Below the pieces are notes generated by a model. It did no database searches, was not told where the DNA came from, and saw only the letters and a program-made list of their open reading frames with translations. From contig NC_068981.1 in the NCBI RefSeq assembly GCF_001194135.2, positions 111,944,073-111,998,559 of the forward strand: a stretch of DNA of 54,487 bases. The letters run 5' to 3'. The translations under genes were made by a program, and so were the position numbers. Positions 47,059-54,487 of the stretch are shown piece by piece (the first letter of the stretch is position 1; the number at the start of each line of letters is the position of its first letter). Origin of the DNA: Octopus bimaculoides (taxonomy: Eukaryota).

Positions 47059-47700
47059 CTTCTCTGTCCATGCATTCATGCACATATATATATGTTTGTG
47101 TTTATGCATATATAAAACATGATCTTATACAATTTTGTTTATACATGCTGACACTTCTCTGTCTGCTTTGCCACTATATAACCATGATTATATGTTACTA
47201 GAACAACTCTTTTAGTCCCAGGTGAATAAAAGAAATTGCACACTAGGAGGACAAAGACAGCAGTTCAAAGGTTCACTGAAAAGAAATTTGAAGTATGCAC
47301 AAGTGGAAATCAGATAGTTTATTGCTGATGGAAGCCAATACAACACCACATAATCCAAGTATTTTATCTATAAATGTAACATACATATACAAATTTGTAT
47401 TCTCCCCAATATGGACAGAAAATTTTGGTCTCCCTGTGAACCAGATTTCATCTCTCACCAAAAATATTTCAAGAATCTTTTATGTGGTAGGTCCAAGATA
47501 AAGTGTCCATGGTAAGATCTCTTGCTTGACTTGCAATTAATATAATCTAAGACCACTATTACTAATGCAGCATTATATTTTTGCATTTGTTTCCTTGCAT
47601 TTCTCCTTGCATTTCATTGTAAAGATATGGTGATGAGATTTAAAGTATTTAAATCTTATTAATCATTACGATCTCATGATTTTTTTGTTTTTTTTTTCAG

Positions 47701-47829
47701 GTAAATTTGTTACACGGTATTGATGCTGATCTTAGAAGCAGGCATAAAGATACTTGTACTGCTTGTGCTGGAACTATGATTCTGGAATTTGCAGCTCTTA
47801 GCCGATTGACTGGTGACTTTGTATTTGAG
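47701..47829 (+). CDS. EDEM3: EDEM3 internal coding exon
   Basis: Poly-T then cAG acceptor at 47700, GTattg donor at 47830. 43 codons, [43 protein letters not shown], containing the EDEM3-type [19 protein letters not shown] motif. Joins in phase 0 to the 3635-3788 exon. Confidence 0.95.
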
Positions 47830-48081
47830 GTATTGCCTGTTTAATTTTTATGAGTAAAAGCTGTTTTGTTGCCATAATTTTAGCATGCTTCTACTAAGAT
47901 ATCTACTCTCTATCCTTTCACTAACACTTATTCATCTAAGTGTGCATGTATTTTTCTGTTTCAAAACTCCTTTTTCTACATCCTCACTTCAGTATTTTTA
48001 TTATAAAATTTATCTTTATTAATATTTTAAATTCTATGTCTCCCTCTTTTCTCCATGTCCTTTGTTTTCCCTACTTTGCAG

Positions 48082-48187
48082 GAGAAAGCACGTAAAGCAA
48101 TGGATTATCTTTGGCAACAGCGCCATCGGGTCAGTGATTTAGTTGGCACTGTAATAAATATTCACAATGGAGACTGGGTTCGTAGAG
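48082..48187 (+). CDS. EDEM3: EDEM3 internal coding exon
   Basis: ttgcAG acceptor, GTaagt donor at 48188. Translates [35 protein letters not shown], compare EDEM3 ARKALDFLWEKR...VGVTINIHTGDWVRK. The next expected exon (DSGVGAGIDSYYEY) was not found in the window. Confidence 0.95.
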
Positions 48188-48639
48188 GTAAGTGTTAGAA
48201 TTATTTACTTCAGTATCTATTTTCAACACAATTACTGTTAACCAAATCCTTCTCATTAAAGGAGAGAACACCCATATAAAAAAGTTTATTACTTGGCAAA
48301 AATATTCAATATTTTGCAGTAACACCTTTTTGAAAGAAACATCCCTTTCTTTTTTCTCTTTCAGTTTATATATATCCTACACGACTAGGTGAAAAGCGCT
48401 TTATTTAATATGTGACATTAAGAAAACTCTGTAAATGTACAAACATCCAGATTTCTGAGTACCTTAATTTTTTTCTGTATAATTTCTGTACATCACCTCC
48501 AAACCTTCCAATATATATATATATACTATTGGTTTCATGTTTAATAAAAGTAGGAAAATATCACAGTGTCTTAACAATTTTTCAAGCCGATCACATGGTG
48601 TTTGCCTCCATTTTGGAAAACAGTCTCACTTTGTTCATG

Positions 48640-49430
48640 GGGTTTCTCATAAATTAGCGTAAATAAAACAATGAATCAATGAATGTTACTCTCAAGTGGC
48701 ATCTTTTGGGGTGTTTGTCTCCCTTGAATTTGCCTTTTTTGGCAAATTTTTTTTGATCAATTTTTTGCATTATTTTGCTTTTTTTTTGTTCTAAGCATGG
48801 TGTTCTTATACTTCTGTGCTGAGGTAGTTCATCATTTGGACATATTTCTTTGTGTGAAGTTTGTGTGCTATGAGTGTTCACATTTAGGAAAGGCACTATC
48901 CTGGTAGGGTTACCCTCATGTATAGGGGCTCTTCTTTGAAATATTTGAGTGTAAAATATTGTTTGTGTATGCAGGGAGAGAAAGCCTCATCTCAAATGTT
49001 TAGGATTTTACCTGTTGATTGTATAATGTTTAATTTTTTAGTAATACGGAATTCACATTTGGTACCCCACCTTCTGATTTTTTGGCTTTAGCAATGATTT
49101 TCCATTCTATCTGGGGGTTTCTTATTCCACCTTGCTTCAATGTCCATATCATATTTGATGGGGATATTGCATGTTTTGTGTTTTTGTCTCTGAATGACAC
49201 CAGATGTTGTGTATACCTTTCCTTGAACGAGTTGCCCGTCATTCCGATATACGTCTTTGCTATTCCATTGGGGTCCGTGGTCTTGGTCTTGTATATGAGT
49301 TCTTTCTAGAGACAGTTGTTGTTTAGAGGGCAGCGGCTTGGAGATCTACAGTTGCATTGTCTTTCGGGGGTGTTTCTGGTGTGTTTATGTTTATTGTGAT
49401 TGAGTATTATTGGAGTTGGATCTTTCTAAT
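48640..49430 (-). mobile_element. Penelope-like GIY-YIG fragment plus 3' region
   Basis: CNCRSPSRCPL..., YVGMTGNSFKERYTQHLVSFR...IWTLK...IEWKIIAKA...PNVNS (frameshifted). Confidence 0.8.
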
Positions 49431-49724
49431 GCAGCATTATAATAACATGAAACCAATGGTAGCTTTAATTCACAAATAAAGAAATTATTCCACCAATGCA
49501 ATGTTGAGCATCATTTCCATCATTCAACATTTATATATAAGCATATAATAAGTAGCAGTAAATATTCAGAAGTGAATATTCATATAGATATTATTATTGT
49601 TATTATTATCTGCAGTAAATATAAATAATTGATGATAACAACAGCAATATAGGCGGTAGCAGGCCTTAACTGTGAGTCTAAACTCCGCTTTCTAGCAGGT
49701 AGGCGCCAAATGTGGCCTTATGAG

Positions 49725-49757
<33 letters not shown>

Positions 49758-49759
49758 TA

Positions 49760-49886
49760 CAGTAATGCCTCGATATACAAGTTAATTCATTCCTGGAGAA
49801 CACTTGTAAAGCGAAAACGTGTAACCAGAAAATACATCTCGTAAAAGCTTGTAAACTGGATCCTCATAAAGTAAGGTATTAGTGTG
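49760..49886. mobile_element. Short Tigger/pogo-like MITE
   Basis: TA-CAGTAATGCCTCGATATACAAG at the left end and CTCATAAAGTAAGGTATTAGTG...TA at the right end form imperfect TIRs. Confidence 0.5.
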
Positions 49887-49930
49887 TATATACATACACA
49901 CACACACACACATATATAAATATAGGCACA

Positions 49931-50098
49931 GGAGTGGCTGTGTGGTAAGAAGCTTGCTTCCCAGTCACATGGTTCTGGGTTCAGTCCCACTGCATGGCAT
50001 CTTGGGCAAGTGTCTTCTTTTGTAGCCTTGGGCTGACCAAAGCCTTGTCAGTGGATTTGGTAGATGGAAACTGAAAGAAGCCCATCGTATATATATAT
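49931..50098 (+). mobile_element. tRNA-SINE head truncated at its internal (TA)n by the RTE-X tail
   Basis: Matches 37411-37560; directly abuts (CAT)n at 50100. Confidence 0.82.
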
Positions 50099-50099
50099 C

Positions 50100-53000
50100 T
50101 CATCATCATCATCATCTGGCAAGCCAGAAGGCTGCACCAGGCTCCAATCTGATCTGGCAGAGTTTCTACAGCTGGATGCCCTTCCTAACGCCAACCACTC
50201 CGAGAGTGTNNNNNNNNNNTTTCTACAGCTGGATGCCCTTCCTAACGCCAACCACTCCGAGAGTGTAGTGGGTGCTTTTACGTGCCACTGGCACGAGGGC
50301 CAGTCACACGGTACTGTCAAATGGTTATGCTCAAAATGGTGTTTTTTACATGCCACTTACACGGGAGCCAGTCCAGCGGCATTGGCAACGACCTCGCTCA
50401 AATGATTTTCAGACGTGCCACCAGCTGGTAACGATTACGCTCAAATGGTGCTATTTACGAGCCACTAGCACGGAAGCCAGACAGCTGCTCTGGCAATGAA
50501 CATGCTTGGACAGTGCTGTTAGTGCTCCCCTGATGCAGGTGCCAGCCAACGAGTATGGTTCAATTACAATTTCGATTTCACTTGCCCCAACAGGTCTTCG
50601 CAAGCAGAGTTTAGTGTCCAAAGAAGGAGAGGTTGGCATGGGTGCCTGTCATCAGGTTCGGTTTGATTACGATTTCAAATTTCGAATTCCAAATTCACTT
50701 GCCTCAACAGGTCTTCGTAAGCAGAGTTTTTAGTGTCCAATGAAGTAAAGATACGAATAAGTGAGCTGGCTACACTTCTGGCAGAGGTCACAGATTATGC
50801 TCTCACTTGCCTTGCCGGGTCTTCTCACCTACTGCATTTTCCAAAGGTCCCGGTCATTGGTCATTGCCTTGGTAAGGCCTAAAGTTCGAAGGTCGTGCTT
50901 CACCACTTCATCCCAAGTCTTCCTGGGTCTACCTCTTCCACAGGTTCCCTCAACTGCTAGGGTGTGACACTTTTTCACACAGCTATCCTCATCCATTCTT
51001 GCCACATGTCCATACCAGCGCAATCGTCTCTTGCACACTACAACTGATGCTTCTTAGGTCCAACTTTTCTCTCAAGGTACTTACACTCTGACTAGTATGC
51101 ACACTGACATTACACATCCATCGGAGCATACTGGCTTCATTCCTTGTGAGCCTACGCATGTCTTCAGTAGTCACAGCCCATGTTTCACTGCCATGAAGCA
51201 TAACTGTTCGTACACATGCGTCATACAGTCTGCCTTTTACTCTGAGTGAGAGACCCTTTGTCACCAGCAGAGGTAAGAGCTCTCTAAACTTTGCCCAGGC
51301 TATTCTTATTCTAGCAGCTACACNNNNNNNNNNNNNNNNNNNNNGGAAGCTATCAACTATTTCTAGTTTTTCTCTCTAGACTGTGGCAAAGGTTGTTTTC
51401 TGCACATTTACAGTGTTTATTGCTCCTGAACATCTGCCACACAAAAACTATCTTGTTAGTTAGCCTTCCTTTGATATTGCTGCACCTCTTATGCGTCCAT
51501 AGCTTACACTGGGTACATCTTATAGAGTTTCTACTTACGCCTTTTCTACAGATCGAGCAGGGCTATCTACCTGAAGGGGTATGCATTTTGTTTACCTTCC
51601 TACCTATTAGGACTTTGGTTTTAGCTAGGTCGACTCTAAGGCCCTTCGATTCTAGTCCTTGCTTCCACACCTGAAACTTCTCCTCTAGTTCTGATAGTGG
51701 CTCAGCAACTTGTGCAAGGTCATCAGCATAAAGGAGCTCCCAGGGGCATCCTGTCCTGAATTCCTGTGTTATTGCCTGGAGGACTATGATAAATAAGAGG
51801 GGACTGAGGACTGAACCTTGGTGGACCCCTACCTCTACCCAGAATTCTTCACTGTACTTGTTGCCAACCCTCACCTTACTGACAGCGTCTCTGTACATGG
51901 CTTGCACAGCTCTCACTAACCACTCATCTATCCCTAGTTTCCTCATTGACCACCAGATAAGGGTATAGGGGACCCTGTCAAAGGCTTTCTCCATGTCAAC
52001 AAAAGCCAGGTACAGATGTTGATCTTTGGCATATATTTTTCCTGCAGATGTCTTACCAGAAATATAGCACCAGTGGTGCTTTTCCCTGGCACAAACCCAA
52101 ACTGCATCTCATCTAAACTGACTGTCTCCCTAATTTGTTGGGCTATGACCCTCTTAGTGACCTTCATTTCCTGATCCAACAACTTGATACCTCTGTAATT
52201 GTTTGTGTCTAAAGCGTCACCTTTACCTTTGTGCTTCTACACCAGTCATTGGATATGACTCCTTTGTGTATAACCTGATTAACTATATGGGGGTGACTAG
52301 GCTATAGCCGACACTGCCAGATATTTTGAGCATCTCTGCAGTGATTTCTGATGTGCCGGGGGCTTTCCTTGTCTTCATACTTTTGATCGCTTTATTTACC
52401 AAGGTACTGTCAATTAGGATAGCTGGTCTCTCTGTTGGGTCGACATGCGGCAGTCTCTCTTCCTCCCATTCATTCTCTTTATTAAGCAGCCTTTCATAGT
52501 GGCGTCTCCAGACCTCTCTCTTTGCAACCTCATTTAGTGCAAGTGGGCCATCATCCAAGCGGTCACATTTCTCTCCTACGACATCACAATTCTCTCTCAC
52601 ACACTGTCTTGCAACCCGAAATACCTCAAGTCTTTGGTCCTCACAGCACAGAACATTGGCAAATTTTTTTCTTATTTGCTTCCCTTGTGACTAAGTAAAC
52701 CTGTCTCCTAGCTTCCCTTCTGGCAGTCTGATACAATTCCCTGCTACCTCCGTTCTTCCAGTCCTTCCAAGCCTGCTTCTTTTGTCTAATAGCTCTGTCA
52801 ACAACATTGTTCCACCACCACGTTACTTTGGGTCGAGAGGGGACTTTGCACCAGCCACAGATCTGGTTGATGGCTCTCAGCAGGTTGTCCCGTAGAAACC
52901 TCCAATTGTCTTCGACGTTATGTGATGCTATATCCCCTTCTATTTAATCAAATGCTTCGAGTAAGACATTTCTAAATCTCTCTCTATTTGCAGGATCTTT

Positions 53001-54095
53001 AGGCTTCCAGACCCTTCTCCTCCAAGCTGGTCTACTTCTGGGTAACCATTTAGCCGTGATCCTGAAGTCGCTTACTACTAATCTGTGTTGAGGGGTACAT
53101 TCTTTGCCTGGGAAGGTTTTGGCATTTATAAACCGTCCTCTTTCCCTATTTCTGGCAAGAATGTAATCAATTTGGCTAGTGTGTCTACCGGAACAGTAGG
53201 TGACTAGGTGACAGGCAGTTATCCTGAAGTTGGTATTGCAAACCATAAGATTGGTTGCATCACAGAACTCCAGCAGTCTGGTTCCCTCCTCATTGCGGGA
53301 ACTGAAGCTATAGCCTCCATGTACGCCATGGAAGCCCCCTGCATGTTGTCTAACATGACCATTGAAATCACCAGCCACAAAGAGAAGGTCCCTGTCATTC
53401 GTCAGTGAGGTAGTTTGCAACAGGGTCTCATAGAATTGGTCTTTCTGCCCATCCGGCAGCCCCGGTTGAGGGGCATAGGCTGAGATGATGGTAGCTAACC
53501 TATGGTGAAGCACTAGTCTAATCTTACGTACTCTGTCACATACTCTGACTTCCTCGGTTACCTTATCAACCCATTTCTCTGCAAGAAGTATTCCCACACC
53601 CGTGACCCGGTCAGTGTTCCCTGCCCAGAAAATCTTGTACCTGTGTTCTTTGCCTGTGAGGAACCTAGCAGAACATCCTCTCCACCTTACTTCTTGGATG
53701 CAGCACAAATCTACATATCTCCGTTCAAGCATCTCAGCAATCTCACCGGACCCACCTTTCAGTGTGCCGAAGTTGAGAGTGCTAATTCTGACAGTGTGAG
53801 AGGTGTGGGCATGTGAGACCCTAGGATGAGGGAAAGCAGTGTCCTGTACCTGAAAAGAAAGCTTGCATTTGGCAGAATTCATAAACAAAACAATGTCTAC
53901 AATCTGCATACACTCCACCATCTCTATGCGCCTTAAGATTGATAAAACCCTGGGTAGGGGAGGGGATGGCATTAGGCCCCTAGAAGTGTTCGCGGGAGAC
54001 AACCAAGGATGACAGAGGATAAGAACTTCCAGTACTGGTAGAAGGGGCGGGGGGGCGGATATACCTCGAGCCAGTAAGTTTAAAGGGAGAGCCAC
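50100..54095 (-). mobile_element. Near full-length RTE-X LINE, copy 4; frameshifted
   Basis: APE (RISTLNFGTL...CIQEVRWRG...AYAPQ...GDFNGH...IDYIL...HRLVVSDF), MEKAFDRV, GVHQGSVLSPLLFII, LLYADDL, about 700-nt modular 3' UTR and (GAT)n. The 5' limit is approximate. Confidence 0.93.
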
Positions 54096-54487
54096 TTCTG
54101 CACTTTTATACTATGGTAGACAAATTGAGATAGATTTAGAGAGAATGAGTTTAAGGAACGATAAACTGGAATAAAGTAAAGAAAAAATAAATAAGTGAAG
54201 CGTGGTGATTAAAAGGAATGCGTGAATTTAAGACAAGGGAAATGTATCTAATGGGCGATGTTTACATGGTAAAGAAATAGATAGATAATAAAGAATGGAT
54301 GTGGGTGGGGGGATTATGATCAACGCTGAAATAGGAGTATATGAAAGGTTGGAAGTTCTTAGCTGTTCATATTCTGGATTTCATATTCTGTCAGCAGAAG
54401 ATATTCGAAGTAAGTTTGGAGAAGGTGGGATATTGAACTGGTTTATATAGAGTTAGGGTGGGGGGAGATGGTGGACTGGTTAGAAAT

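Noticed and set aside
47220-47520. Moderately complex sequence just upstream of the 47701 exon, as a possible alternative exon
   Set aside because: No recognisable homology and no convincing splice-site pair; the flanking EDEM3 peptides are already contiguous.
50163-50267. 47-bp exact direct repeat either side of a 10-N gap
   Set aside because: Typical unmerged contig overlap; probably an assembly artefact.
52944-54095. 383-aa ORF as an intact active LINE ORF
   Set aside because: It covers the APE domain only; a stop and several downstream frameshifts break the RT, so the copy is inactive as assembled.
54352-54402. Minus-strand CTGACAG...GAACAGCTAAGA resembling the 26385 hammerhead
   Set aside because: Several core changes and indels would be needed; too degenerate to call.

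Overview
Eukaryotic, AT- and microsatellite-rich genomic DNA with many N gaps. The repeat families and the host gene suggest a coleoid cephalopod, probably Octopus (inference, not checked). The host gene is EDEM3 (ER degradation-enhancing alpha-mannosidase-like, GH47) on the + strand. Four internal coding exons are visible (875-987, 3635-3788, 47701-47829, 48082-48187), all with AG/GT ends and matching phases. One intron is 43,912 bp. The introns are almost entirely nested transposon debris: four copies of one RTE/RTE-X LINE family with a modular 3' UTR and (GAT)n tail, two other RTE LINEs, a CR1-like LINE, a Ty1/copia fossil, four Penelope-like (PLE) fragments, Tc1, mariner and pogo fossils, several MITEs, Helitron-like ends and tRNA-derived SINEs. 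The most notable unannotated signal is a set of seven minimal type I hammerhead ribozyme motifs with palindromic helix III. Two have intact cores and lie 962 nt apart on the antisense strand next to a PLE ORF. All four on the EDEM3 sense strand carry lesions. A near-perfect 70-nt pre-miRNA-like hairpin lies at 10381-10450.
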